From the NCBI RefSeq assembly GCF_001194135.2, contig NC_068986.1, forward strand, positions 616,521 to 680,520: 64,000 nt of DNA, in the 5' to 3' direction. Within the stretch, counting starts at the first letter, position 1; the number at the start of each line of letters is the position of its first letter. The DNA comes from Octopus bimaculoides (taxonomy: Eukaryota). The notes beneath the pieces are model-generated. The model did no database searches. It was not told the origin of the DNA and saw only the letters and a program-made list of their open reading frames with translations. The translations under genes and the position numbers were made by a program. This document shows positions 1-12,352 of the stretch, piece by piece.

Positions 1-88
1 AAGTACTGGTGTCGATTCATTTGACTGAAAATACCTCAAGTGGTGCCCCAGCATGGCCAAAGTCAAATGACTGAAAGAAATAAAAGTT
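1..88 (+). mobile_element. 3' tail of the dominant tRNA-derived SINE family (window starts inside it)
   Basis: gtggtgccccagcatggcc...gtcaaatgactgaaa matches the 3' end of the full copy at 25771-26210. Confidence 0.7.
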
Positions 89-199
89 AATTAAAAGAGA
101 AAAGGTAACAATAGATAATTACATGGGGAAATTACTCTTTATAAAATTAACAAAAACGGTGGCAGAGGACCCGTTTTCTATTTCACACCCAGCTTCAAA

Positions 200-600
200 T
201 TAGGAGATGCAACTGGACCTGAAGGGCAGGTTCGTCTTTCCAGAGGAAATAGTGGTAACATCACTCCGACCTGACATACACTTGCCCTCCAGGAACACAA
301 AAGACGATCATAGAGGTCACATTTACAGTGTCTTGGGAGGACAGACTCGATATTCCTCACCATCTAAAAAAAAACAAAACAAATATCTGGACTTGATCGA
401 CGAGGCTCTTTTCTAGAGATTGCATGTGACCTCATTGCTACTCGAAGTCGACTTTCCAACTAGATCGGAGTGCTATTTCCTCCAGAGAGATTGTCCTGGA
501 ACCCAAACAACTGAAGACGGCTACCAAGAAGATAGGCACGGCACCTGAAACCAGTTAAAGGTGGTTATGATTGATAAGAGACCGCAAGTGGAATCCTTCC
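200..600 (+). pseudogene. HERO-like non-LTR retrotransposon, C-terminal restriction-like endonuclease (RLE) fragment, degraded
   Basis: Frameshift-tolerant translation gives (W)EMQLDLKGRFVFPEEIVVTSLRPDI...FTVSWEDRLD...KYLDLIDEA...LLEV...KQLKTATKKIGTA.ET...WL...RDRKWNP, which fits the LRPDI / ELTVPWE / KY..L / EVG / S.WLW motif order of HERO-clade RLE domains. Confidence 0.8.
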
Positions 601-807
601 GCTGGCAAAGACTAATTCAGTCATTGTTCCCCAATCAGGCGAAACGTATAAGCTGAGGGGCTAAACTCTTGTGATACTGAAATACCTGATGATTATACGG
701 AAGGGTTTCCAACATTGCTTTGGATTTAGAAGAGTTTAGAAAACCTGAATTTCTGCCTTGTTTTGTTCTTGCTTTTCTGTTTTGGGTTTTGTTTTGTTTT
801 TGTTATT

Positions 808-923
808 TCCAGGTTCAGTCAGTCTCAATGCGTGGAATTGTGAGCAAATGTCTTCTACCATGGCCTCGGACCGACCAAAGCCTTGTGAGTGGATTTGGTA
901 AACGGAAACTGAAAGACGCCCGT

Positions 924-965
<42 letters not shown>
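808..965 (+). mobile_element. 5' half of the dominant SINE, ending in its (TA)n/(TATG)n central microsatellite
   Basis: gaccgaccaaagccttgtgagtggatttggtaaacggaaactgaaagacgcccgtcg is shared with 25771-26210. Confidence 0.75.
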
Positions 966-968
<3 letters not shown>

Positions 969-1815
969 GTTTGGCCTTCTTCCTAAATGAGAAACTTATA
1001 AAGTGGCTGAAGAAAGGGAGTAGGTGGAGGAGGATGAAGAGGGAAAGATTGTAAAATAAACACATCAACAAGTCAAAAGACTCAATCAAACGTAAACTAA
1101 ACAATGTTCCAAATCAGCGCTTAAACGTTTTTCATTCATGACCCCATTTTTCATCACGAGATTTTCCGCGACTCCACGTATTAATTATGAAATAAAACAT
1201 ACAAATAAATACATAAATCTTTTTTTTTTTTTTTTTTTTTTTGCTGAACAATATACATATAGAAAATAAAGTAGTTATATTATTTGTCAAAATGAAAGTA
1301 GTTTTAGGACTTGTGCGTTTGTGAAATAACATATAAACTGAAATTCAAGTGTTTGAATTTAATATTAGCGACCCCAGCATTTCGCTTGGCGACCCCAAAT
1401 GGGGTCAGAGAGCAAAACCAAACCTATTGCTTATTCTTAAACTTTGGGCTGAACAAGGAATTGAAAATACATAATTAACCCATTCTATTGGTGAAATGGT
1501 TTGCAGCGTGCGCCAAAGTCTTCTCATTGCAGAGTGAATTTAATACAAAATCCAAGAATCGGCGCGGGGTGTGTGCGTGTGTGTACGCACGTTGTGTGTG
1601 AGTGTGTGCTTCTGAATGAATGACTACACACACAAGCACACGCACATATACACATGTGTGTGTGTGTGTGTGTGTGTGCGCGCGCTTACAAAGTTCTGAA
1701 GGATTCAAATGAAAAAGAAATGAATTTGAAAGCTTTTCTATAAATAAATATCAAATATTCTGTTTCTAAAGTATGGAGTTCTGCATTTACTTTATCGCTC
1801 TCCTAAGCACATACA

Positions 1816-1879
<64 letters not shown>

Positions 1880-2542
1880 TGAATATATGTATGTGCATGC
1901 GTATATATGAGTATATGCATGTCTGCCTGTGTGAGTGTACGTATGCGTGTGACTGAGCAGTGTGTATATATATATANNNNNNNNNNNNNNNNNNNNNNNN
2001 NNNNNNNNNNNNNNNNNNNNNNNNNNNNNNNNNNNNNNNNNNNNNNNNNNNNNNNNNNNNNNNNNNNNNNNNNNNNNNNNNNNNNNNNNNNNNNNNNNNN
2101 NNNNNNNNNNNNNNNNNNNNNNNNNNNNNNNNNNNNNNNNNNNNNNNNNNNNNNNNNNNNNNNNNNNNNNNNNNNNNNNNNNNNNNNNNNNNNNNNNNNN
2201 NNNNNNNNNNNNNNNNNNNNNNNNNNNNNNNNNNNNNNNNNNNNNNNNNNNNNNNNNNNNNNNNNNNNNNNNNNNAGAGGTGAATGTAAGTACACATAAA
2301 TAGCAAAAAATTTCCTTCATAATAATAAGTTCTTTTATAGCAATATAATAATATTATTTTGACATTTAGACACTCAAGATGATTCGTTTATTTTTAATTC
2401 AAGTTTTATGCTTAGTTTGTTCATAATGAAATGTGTTTGTCTGTCAAGGACAGGTATATATACATGCATACATACACATATGTTTGTGCATGACTTGAAG
2501 TTTGTCTGCATATGTACGTATGTGACATTTAGATCGATAGAC

Positions 2543-2578
<36 letters not shown>

Positions 2579-3299
2579 TACTATATGCATATATACACAC
2601 ATACGTATAAGTGTGTATGTGTGTGTGTGTGTGTGGTGTATGTGTGGCTTCCATAAATAGAGTGTTATAATTAAAGTCTAGCAGTTTATAAATTATTCTG
2701 TTAAAACGTGGTGTCTTTGTTTCAGACGAGTTCCGGTTCACTTCCTATTTGGCATTTGTTCTTTCAAAAGCTAAATGTCATCACACTTCTGATTCGTTAC
2801 TTTCGCTTCAGCTAGATACATATTTGAATGTGTTGAATATTATTGACTAATGAGGGAACCTCTACCTCTACGTGGTCTCTCCTCTACTTGAAATAACAGC
2901 CATATTCAGGGCTGGCGCCAATCTATTCAGCACTACCCAAGTCCTACAATGAGAATCCTCTTCGTTTCTTTTTATTTTTTTTTTCCAAACGTCTTCTAGC
3001 CATCACACTCCTTATGGCAGCTGGTATATTTAGTTGCAAAAATTATCATTAATTTGCGAACAAGGAAGCTTATTTTTATAACACTGAGTAAATGTTACTG
3101 TTGCCACAAGTTCAATACTTGTTGCAGGGTGAGACTAAGGGCTATGACAACAGAGAACAATCTCCTGGTAGGGTTCCCTGTGATGGAATAGGTTAAAGGA
3201 TAGACGCGAGACTAATAAAGACCACCCCTTCCCCAAGGTAAAAATATGTTTGCATTGGGCCAACACTGCTACTTAGAAAAAAAGCAGTTTATGACAATA

Positions 3300-3545
3300 T
3301 AAAACCGACAAGGTCTGTTCGACGAAGGCCTTTCTTCGGGGAAATATATAAACCCATAAAGGGGGTGGAAGAGAGGACCTCCTAAAAATAACTGCAGATA
3401 GGATACTAAAACAAAGCTGAAAAACGGGGATTCAACTGGAGAGAAGCAAAGAAGACAGCCCCGATTCGGTAACGGTGAAGAAAAATCGTCGATGGTTTAT
3501 ACATCGTAGGTAGCGAAGGGCTTAAATCAAATTAAAATCAAACGT
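3300..3545 (+). mobile_element. RTE-clade LINE 3' end remnant
   Basis: Degenerate KRGPPKN..R.D.KTKLK..G.NWREAKKTA..R..RKIVDGLY, then a short tcaaa repeat tail. Confidence 0.65.
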
Positions 3546-4244
3546 TACTGAGCAAGATTAGAAATGTTTCATGCCAAATGATAGAGAGGTCATAATACCA
3601 CACGAGCCACCGAAACACCACTAGTCCTGTTCTCCGTCATTTTTTTGTTGGAGATGTGACCTCCTTTTCTCTTATTACGATTAGGTTTTCTTATTTTTAA
3701 TTACATTAAGAAATTGTAAGTTATTTGCGCCTCCGATTTTAGGTGATCGGCTAGGTTACCTCGAGAGTAGCGCCGACTCAGATCAACTCTTCCTCATATC
3801 GCACCGAGCCTTCTTGAACAGAACTTATTCGATAGCGAAACACCGAATTTACACTGTCTGAATAAAAGACGATGGTCAATAATGGAATCCTTAGAGTCTG
3901 CTTAGTCAGAGATGCTAAAACATATCCATTGCATTTAAATATAAGTAAATTTAAACGTAAGCAACTGGACAGCAATGTATGTTAAATTCTATGATACTTT
4001 TACTATATCATATCGCTATATTTTGTATGATATTGTTCTACTTGTTACAAGGTATGTCCGATTGTAACAGTTGTCTATGGAGTGAAATCGAAGACATAAT
4101 CGAACTTTTTTTTAACACAATGAAAGAATGTTAAGAAGATTTATCATTTACGCACCAAAATAGAAATGTGAACATTTATAAAATGTGGAACTTCCATGAT
4201 GCCACTAACATGTTATGTTGTGTTGTAATATATTAAAATGAGGG

Positions 4245-4450
4245 CGCATGGCCTAGCGTTTAGGGTGTTGCGCTTACGAGCGCGAGACCGTAGTTTCAAT
4301 TTCTTGACCGGTTGTTGCGTTGCGTTCTCCCGTTGCTTTGCGATCACTTCGACTCCTGGCGTATCATACACCGTGCCCTTGTTCAGACAACGTCGATTTG
4401 ATGGGAGGAGTGAGCTAATGTGCAGCACGAACATTTGATCATTATAAGCA
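4245..4450 (+). mobile_element. tRNA-derived SINE, second family
   Basis: tRNA-like head (ggcgcatggcctagcgtttagggtgttgcgc...gtttcaatt); body caccgtgcccttgttcagacaacgtcgatttgatgg...gaacatttgatcattataa recurs at 26780-26985. Confidence 0.6.
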
Positions 4451-5149
4451 AAAGAAGCTGAACACATACGTCATCTTCGATGGGAGAGTGCAGACCATTA
4501 TATCATAGCATAGCAGATCATATATCCTATCGTACCATATCATATTACATTGTATTAAATAAGGGCGACGGGAGGCAGGAAAATGTTTTGCTCCATTTCT
4601 CTGGATCTTTAAGCTCTGAGTTTAAATACACCACCACCACTTCCTATATTGGAAACAATAACATTCAGTAAATTGACCACGATCGGTTTCGACTATCAGT
4701 ATTCTATTGTTCGATGAACTGAACAACTTACTTCTTGATTTAACAGGTAAATGGTTGAGTATTCCACATACATTAATACCCTTAACGTAATAAATAAGCA
4801 TAGATCTTAAAATTACAAGTACAATCCCTCCACACAGTTCAGTCTGCTCAATTTCATTCAAAAGGGTTGTGTTGGGCCAAGACTATGGTTAAAGACCCTT
4901 ACACGAGATGCTACCCAATCACCCCGTGATAGTGAAACGAACTTCTTTATCAAATGTATTGTATATATCCTATATACAGTCAATATAAAGTCCTGTTGTC
5001 GTCATTGTCTCTGCCCACTCGCTGCTTAAACCTTGTGTTTTGGTGTGCCGCGGCCAATTGGTGAGCCCTTCACCCTGTGTAAATTTCTATAGTGTAATAG
5101 AATTAACACCTGCACACACAGATGATGTGGTGAGGCTGCAGTGGTCTTC

Positions 5150-5305
5150 AAATTTTGGCTCAAAGCCAGCAATTTCGAGGGGGGGGGGCGGAAGTAAAGC
5201 AAACACTGCAATCGATGTAATACACCAACCCCGTGCTTCACGGGTACTTATTTTAAGGATCTCGAAAGAATGTAAGGAAAAATTGACTGCGGTGGCGTTT
5301 AAACT
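5150..5305 (-). mobile_element. SINE with Meta-like central domain, truncated by gap
   Basis: Reverse complement of ttcgagatcc...aaaataagtacc...ggccttgagccaaaatttgaa resembles the copies at 41370 and 44000. Confidence 0.55.
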
Positions 5306-6764
5306 NNNNNNNNNNNNNNNNNNNNNNNNNNNNNNNNNNNNNNNNNNNNNNNNNNNNNNNNNNNNNNNNNNNNNNNNNNNNNNNNNNNNNNNNNNNNNNN
5401 NNNNNNNNNNNNNNNNNNNNNNNNNNNNNNNNNNNNNNNNNNNNNNNNNNNNNNNNNNNNNNNNNNNNNNNNNNNNNNNNNNNNNNNNNNNNNNNNNNNN
5501 NNNNNNNNNNNNNNNNNNNNNNNNNNNNNNNNNNNNNNNNNNNNNNNNNNNNNNNNNNNNNNNNNNNNNNNNNNNNNNNNNNNNNNNNNNNNNNNNNNNN
5601 NNNNNNNNNNNNNNNNNNNNNNNNNNNNNNNNNNNNNNNNNNNNNNNNNNNNNNNNNNNNNNNNNNNNNNNNNNNNNNNNNNNNNNNNNNNNNNNNNNNN
5701 NNNNNNNNNNNNNNNNNNNNNNNNNNNNNNNNNNNNNNNNNNNNNNNNNNNNNNNNNNNNNNNNNNNNNNNNNNNNNNNNNNNNNNNNNNNNNNNNNNNN
5801 NNNNNNNNNNNNNNNNNNNNNNNNNNNNNNNNNNNNNNNNNNNNNNNNNNNNNNNNNNNNNNNNNNNNNNNNNNNNNNNNNNNNNNNNNNNNNNNNNNNN
5901 NNNNNNNNNNNNNNNNNNNNNNNNNNNNNNNNNNNNNNNNNNNNNNNNNNNNNNNNNNNNNNNNNNNNNNNNNNNNNNNNNNNNNNNNNNNNNNNNNNNN
6001 NNNNTTTTTTTTTTTTTTTTTTTTCTACTACCACCGTCATTTACTAAAGACCTACTCAGATAACCCCAAACCCTCAAGAGCGGTCTTAAGTTAAACAAGA
6101 GCCTTACTACTTTGTGACTGGCTTGAATTCTGAAAAGAAAGAAATTAACATATAACCGAAAGAAACACGCTTAGACAAATCTGGAAAATGCACGGCTAAT
6201 ATAACAATCAACTCCGATTCTCAAATAAAGTCCTTTTCAATTACATCAAAATTCCGAAATTCATGCTTCATTTGCTCTCGCCATCAGAGTAAAAGAAAAC
6301 AGCCTGATGTGAACAGTATAGACACCATAAGTTCTTTCTCGGAAGAAAATATGATCCAGTTTCAATTTGGACTGAAACATTTCGTTCTTTCTATTGCTGA
6401 AACAAGCTGTAACGTGCGTTCGAAGTTTAAAAATGAGTAGTTCTGCTGTTGATTGTATACTTCGATCCAAGGGACACAACTTCTAGTTACATTATAGTTG
6501 TTTCAAGGAAAGTAACTCTTAATGTTATGGTTATAAGCTGACTAAGAGTTTCAAAATTGTAAAAATGACTGCAAAACGATGAGTAACAGAGTAATGGCTT
6601 TCCTATGTCAGTAAAATATATAACAGTAATACATTGTGATGGATTGGGCCCACGGTCAATGCAAGCGCTCCCAAGTTCGGTGAGAGTGATGTCGTTAACA
6701 TTCCACTTAAACTTCTGCGGGAAAGACATGCACAAGAACGGAGTTTTAAAGAGCAGACATACTG

Positions 6765-7790
6765 GAAAGAGAGGAATTAGGAAAGCAAGTGATGCTTTCG
6801 GAAGGCTAGAAAGGCGTCTCTGGAGTCGGCGAGACATATGCAGGAAGACAAAGATAAAGGTGTACAAGGCGTGTGTGCTCTCTTCTCTTCTTTATGCCTG
6901 CGAGACGTGGGTCACAAATCGATACCACCTTAAACAGCTGGAACGTTTCCATCAGACGTGTCTCAGACGGATCTATGGCATTAAGTGGGAGGACCGCATC
7001 AGTGATCTTGAAATATTGGAAAGCTCTCGGTGTGAAAGTATAGAAGCTCTTTTGTTGAAGCAAAGGCTCAGATGGAGTGGTCATCTGGTCAGGATGAAGG
7101 ATTCCAGGATGCCAAAACAACTCTTTTATGGAGAGTTAGCTAAAGGAGAACGACCTCCACATAAACCAAAAAAATTTAAAAAGAGGTACAAGGACTTGCT
7201 GGAGGTTTCCTTAAGAAATGCTTGCATCTCTCCTGACACATGGGAGGGCATAGTTATTAACCGTAGCAGGTGGAGAAGGATTGTGCACGAGGGAACAGTT
7301 ACTTTTGAGAAATCTCGAGTTGCACAAAAGAAAGTAAGGAGGGACGTCAGGAAGGGCATTGTTGTTGCACTTCCAGACGGTAAGGGTCTTCCTATGACGC
7401 TGACATGGAGTGTCTGTGCAAGACCCTGCCTCAGTAAAGCTGGACTCAAGAGTCACCTTCGTAGTCCTAAAGTGAGACCGATGATTGACTACCAGGTCAC
7501 TTGGTGGTGGTGCTACACACCATACTAATCATATCGGTCAGGCATGTGGAAGGGAGTGTAATTCGGCGGGAGGACTTAAACGACAGGCAAAGGTACATGA
7601 AGCCCAGTTACAACTACAGCCGGCTATTGCCGGTAAAGGTTTAATCTGCCAATTCTATACAAGACATTGTAGATCTTAATCGATCACAGCACCGATAACA
7701 GTTAAGCCTCGTACATAGGCCATACTCGATAACGAGGGGGCAGCCATCGTGTATGTATGTATGTATGTATGTATGTATGTATGTATGTTT
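6765..7790 (+). mobile_element. 5'-truncated RTE-clade LINE: RT thumb and C-terminal region still in frame, 3' UTR and (TATG)n tail
   Basis: ORF 6605-7528 contains IRKASDAFGRLERRLW...KIKVYKACVLSSLLYACETW...LERFHQTCLRRIYGIKWEDRISD.EIL...LRWSGHLVRMKDSRMPKQLFYGEL..G.R, the canonical RTE C-terminus. It ends in a microsatellite tail at about 7750-7788. Confidence 0.92.
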
Positions 7791-7919
7791 TTTCTTTCTT
7801 AAAGTAGCAAGACTTTTAAAGTTAAGAAAGTTGCCAGTGTTTGTAAATATGTGGTTGAATCGGTGTTTCGGTTGAGCTGTCCGATGCACACAGCCAAGTG
7901 GGTGCATCTATTCATCTAA

Positions 7920-9100
7920 AGAATTTCAGATGGAGAATCTTTGTAATATCTTACAGATCTTCACTGTGCCGCTAACAGATAGGATTTGGAGAATCTGCAT
8001 CAGTTTCCTTTGCCCTTTTTTCGAAAAACCTAGTATTTCTAGGTTTTGGGGTAAATTTGTTGGTACATAAGCCCAACGCACCAATGAGGATAGGTACAAA
8101 TGAGAATTCATAGAACTCAGAGTACAAGAACTATATGTTCTCTTTTTGCTGGACTTTTGATTGAACCGCTACAAAAGGATGTTTGGACTGACCTTATGTC
8201 TCTACGTTCATTACTTCGTCTCACGTAGACCCTGTCGGTGTCGCTGTTAATGTGGGAGTTACCAGTAGTGGTCAGTGCCTTTCAAGTTTTGATGTCCAGG
8301 CTGCGGATCTCATCAAGTGTCCAGTCCAATGTCCCAAATATTGGCACTAGCACTGGCACTCTACAAAAGTGCATAACTCTTCTTCTCTGTCTCGCACAAC
8401 AATATCAGGTCTGTTATGGTTGCACCAAATGGCTAATTTTATTAGAGTATTACACAAGTATTCCTCGTTTTTAATGGTGTGAGTACCTGCTCAGCAATTC
8501 TTCTCCAACTCTGAAGATTTTGTTGCTTTCACTTTTGAGTATGCATCATGGAATGTACTCATTGCTTTCTTTAATGTTCAGCAGGTGTTGTTTGAGTGAT
8601 ACAATGCGACATTCAAAGACGGTTTCGACTGACCTTATGCCTCTACCGCCTCACGTAGATCCTGTCAGTGTCGCTGCTAATGTGAAAGTTACCAGTAGTG
8701 GTCAGTACTTTTCAAGTTTTGATGCGAACCTCATCAAGTGTCCAGTCCAGTTACTAGCACCGGCACTGCAAAAGCATTGTGAAATATGGTCTTGTTAAAC
8801 GCAGACAGCTCCGAGTTCCTTATTTTCCGGTGTCTACAGAAGTACTCTTTTGTTATTCTGGCTTTGGCCACAGCACCAATGCATGCAACATTGTCATCGA
8901 TTCCGAGATACTTGTGGTTTTCATCATTAGGGATAAGCGAAACAGATAAGCCACCGGTTTACACGTTTTCTGCCTGGTCGACAATCTTTCCTCGGTTAAC
9001 CATCATGTATGAGCATTTATCTTGGTCACACCCCATTTCTACCTCTCGTGTGAAGGTTGTGACAAGTTCTAATTGTCTCTTAATATGTTTATAATATTAC
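7920..9100 (-). mobile_element. R4/Dong-like RLE non-LTR retrotransposon remnant (end of RT plus RLE), rearranged
   Basis: Minus strand reads LELVTTFTREVEMGCDQDKC...HKYLGI...ELSAFNKTIFHNAFAVPVL...DTDRIYV.R...HNRPDIVVRD...FVPILIGALG.VP.NL..NLEILG...GTVKICK. Confidence 0.85.
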
Positions 9101-9339
9101 CAGAATATAACTTTAGGTTATCAACAAAAAATGCGCGGTGATATTAATTTGTGCGCGTGCGTGTGTGTGTGTGTGTGTGTGCTTGTGTGTGTGTGTGTGT
9201 TGATAAATGCCAGCGAATGTCTGTGGGCGACAGGCCAGAGTGTTGAAGAACGCAACAGCGAATTAGTCAAGTTAAAGTTAATCTATTTTTAAAATCTAAC
9301 CAGCAATAATTATGCAATGAGGAAAATATATACAAATAT

Positions 9340-9660
9340 AGGCGTGGGTGTATGGTAAGAGGTTTGCTTCCCAACCACATGGTTCCGGGTTCAGTCCCAC
9401 TGCGTGGTACCTTGGGCAATTGGATTTGCGAGACGGAAACTGAAAGAAGCCCATCGTATGTGTGTGTGTGTGTCTTAGCGCCTATGTTTGACAACCGATG
9501 TTGCTGTGTTTACGTCTCTGTAACTTAACGGTTCGGCAAAAAAAAAAAAAACAAAGAATAGATAGCAGGCTTACAAAGAATAAGTCCTGAAGTCTATTTC
9601 TTCGACTAAAGGCGGTGCTCCAGCATGGCCGCAGTCAAATGACTGAAACAAATAAAGAAT
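9340..9660 (+). mobile_element. Dominant SINE, near full length with an internal deletion
   Basis: tRNA head (ggttccgggttcagtcccactgcgtgg), central (TG)n and conserved tail ggcggtgctccagcatggccgcagtcaaatgactgaaacaa. Confidence 0.85.
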
Positions 9661-10314
9661 ATTATCTAAATGGATGTCGGCCAGCATGGGAGACAACTCT
9701 TACGAGCCTCGTTGACGAAGCTTAGATTTTCTTTAAACCTCCCGCAAAAGTAGTGAAAGAGTCACTAAGTAAATATATAATATTGTACACTGCTGGGAGT
9801 AAATTGTTCAGAGAATAAAGAAATCAGAGACATCATCTCATTAATATTTATTACATAAGCTTCTACTAATTCTAAATAAAATTCCATCTTGAATATTATT
9901 TACTCTTTATAATCTATCATCTCGAATTCTGATGCGGGTCAGGCAAAGTCACATATTCTCTTCGTAATTATATGGCTTCAGTTTCGATTTCAGTGCACGA
10001 CACTTTAGGCAAATGTCTCCTGTCATAGACTCGAGAGAAAACCGGTAGACGAGAACTTTGTGGAAGTTTATGGAAAATACTAGATCTTGTTAAATTTCTT
10101 CCTTTCTGCTTTTTTAACGTTATGGCATAGTTTAAAGAAATTTGGAAGCTATTTCTAGCATGTCGGGAAACCACGTAAAGTTTCCGCCCTCGTTTTCTTT
10201 GCCTTCGATTGGCCGAAGTTACATAATTTTTAAATGCTTCTAACTTCTTTATTATTAATTTCTACAAAAAGATTATCAGCCTGCAAAACTGTATCAAGTC
10301 TGGAAAATAATCTT

Positions 10315-10557
10315 TCTTTTACTCTTTTACTTGTTTCAGTCATTTGACTGCGGTCAAGCTGGAGCACCACCTTTAGTCGAACAAATCGACCTCAGGACTT
10401 NNNNNNNNNNCCTTTAGTCGAACAAATCGACCTCAGGACTTATTCTTTGTAAGCCTAGTACTTATTCTATCAGTTCCTTTTGCCGAACCGCTAGTTACTG
10501 GGACGGACGTAAACGCAGCAACATCGGTTGTCAAGCGATGGTGGGGGTACAAACAGT
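10315..10557 (-). mobile_element. Dominant SINE 3' half, spanning a 10-N gap
   Basis: Reverse complement of the SINE tail (ttgtttcagtcatttgactgcgg...ttattctttgtaagcctagtacttattctatc). Confidence 0.8.
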
Positions 10558-10720
10558 CAACGATAGCATTATAGTCTCCTAACACCACTAATGTCTTCGA
10601 CGTCACGAGAAAGTTCGCTAGGCGCCGATAAAAATCAGTTTGAAATCCTCTAGCACAAGGTGCATAGATCCCGATCAACCTGAAGGCCTTACTCGGTCGA
10701 TATTAATTCTTACACTCTAA
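10558..10720 (-). pseudogene. L1/Tx1-type apurinic endonuclease (APE) fragment
   Basis: FRLIGIYAPCARGFQTDFYRRLANFLVTSKTLVVLGDYNAIVD carries the YAP and GDxN APE motifs; cut off by the SINE. Confidence 0.7.
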
Positions 10721-10741
10721 AGTTTTCAATTATACTCTTTT

Positions 10742-11165
10742 AAAACGGGAAACCTATGTTTTTGTTTTGTCCTCTTAAAGAGGATACCAGTTCAAATCCT
10801 ACCCCGCCCTGCTAGAGGTGGGGTGTAGCAGTAAAGCCTGTAACGAGATTAATTTTTCCAAAAACGGGAAACCTATAATCTGTTTTTTTTTTGTTTTTTT
10901 TTCCTCTTAATGAGGACAATAGTTCAAAGAATAAAGCCTACAACGGCTGAAGTTCAATTTTCCTACACAGAATAGATTACACAGCATACATTAAAGACCA
11001 GAAACCTATATTGTGTTTTTTCCTCTTAATGAGGATGACAGTTAAAAAAAAATAAAACCTACAACGGCTGGAATTAAATAATTAACAATTCAGATCCCAC
11101 TCCCGCTGGGGGACGGGGCGCAACGATAAGCCTACAACGGCTTTAAAAAGTTCAATTTTTCGCAT
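10742..11165. repeat. Degenerate tandem array of about 4 units of roughly 90-130 bp
   Basis: Recurring blocks gaaacctat / tcctcttaa(a/t)gagga / agttcaaa / aaagcctacaacggct. Confidence 0.6.
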
Positions 11166-12092
11166 ATAACGATTGCCAAAATGGCTTTGCACAAACAATT
11201 CCTTTCTCCCGTCACCGGGGAAAGGCACAAAGAATATCAACAGTTCAACAGTTTTCAACAATTGGATAACGTTCGACACGATAACAATAAATCCAACAGT
11301 AACAATCCAATTTTGAATAAAACGTTCCACTCACCACAAACACATCCGACAACGAGACAGGTAAGAAAGCGATTTACCACACAGCTACACCAGCGCCTAA
11401 GAATTTATAAAACAGTTCAAGTGGTTGGAAGAAATTCAACAAAATCCTGTTCAAATTCTTGTGTAGTAAACATAATCTGTCTCTTGGTTTAATTAACATC
11501 AGGGTAAAGTCGTTTGGTGTTTTTAACGAAGTCCACACTATTGAAAGCATTTGGGACAGGTCTCAAGTAATAGGATATATTTCTACCTTCCGCCTATTAG
11601 TTACGGAAGACCTGAAAAGTATCATGGCCCAATCCTTTCTCCTCTTCTTAAACCATTGGAAGAAAAATACAGCAACTATATTATTCCCGTGGCTGNNNNN
11701 NNNNNNNNNNNNNNNNNNNNNNNNNNNNNNNNNNNNNNNNNNNNNNNNNNNNNNNNNNNNNNNNNNNNNNNNNNNNNNNNNNNNNNNNNNNNNNNNNNNN
11801 NNNNNNNNNNNNNNNNNNNNNNNNNNNNNNNNNNNNNNNNNNNNNNNNNNNNNNNNNNNNNNNNNNNNNNNNNNNNNNNNNNNNNNNNNNNNNNNNNNNN
11901 NNNNNNNNNNNNNNNNNNNNNNNNNNNNNNNNNNNNNNNNNNNNNNNNNNNNNNNNNNNNNNNNNNNNNNNNNNNNNNNNNNNNNNNNNNNNNNNNNNNN
12001 NNNNNNNNNNNNNNNNNNNNNNNNNNNNNNNNNNNNNNNNNNNNNNNNNNNNNNNNNNNNNNNNNNNNNNNNNNNNNNNNNNNNNNNNNNNN

Positions 12093-12352
12093 GCAGGGGA
12101 TGGTGGCGAACCCTGCTGTACTCTTTCACCACAACTTTCTCTCACTCTTTCTTCCTGTTTCTGTTGTGCCTGTAATTCAAAGGGTCAGCCTTGTCACACT
12201 TTGTGTCACGCTGAATATCCCCGAGAACTACGTTAAGGGTACACGTGTCTGTGGAGTGCTCAGCCACTTGCACGTTAATTTCACGAGCAGGCTGTTCCGT
12301 TGATCGGATCAACTGGAACCCTCGACGTCGTAAGCGACGGAGTGCCAACAAC
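12093..12352 (+). mobile_element. SINE 3' half, third family (head lost in gap)
   Basis: cttgtcacac...gagaactacgttaagggtacacgtgtctgtgg...gcaggctgttccgttgatc...gtgccaacaaca; an inverted copy lies at 21240-21545. Confidence 0.75.

Noticed and set aside
6156-6450. About 95-codon ATG-less open frame (PKETRLDKSGKC...KFKNE)
   Set aside because: No recognisable motif or convincing splice sites; the length is within chance expectation.
6605-6765. N-terminal part of ORF 6605-7528 as a host-RTE fusion protein
   Set aside because: Similarity to RTE starts only near 6765. The upstream 50 codons have no recognisable features and are probably chance read-through at a 5' truncation.
10370-10441. Exact 31-bp direct repeat flanking the 10-N gap
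   Set aside because: Typical unmerged contig overlap; removing one copy restores the SINE.
11095-11150. HDV-like ribozyme suggested by cca-ctcccgc-tgg
   Set aside because: No partners for P1 or P2 were found.
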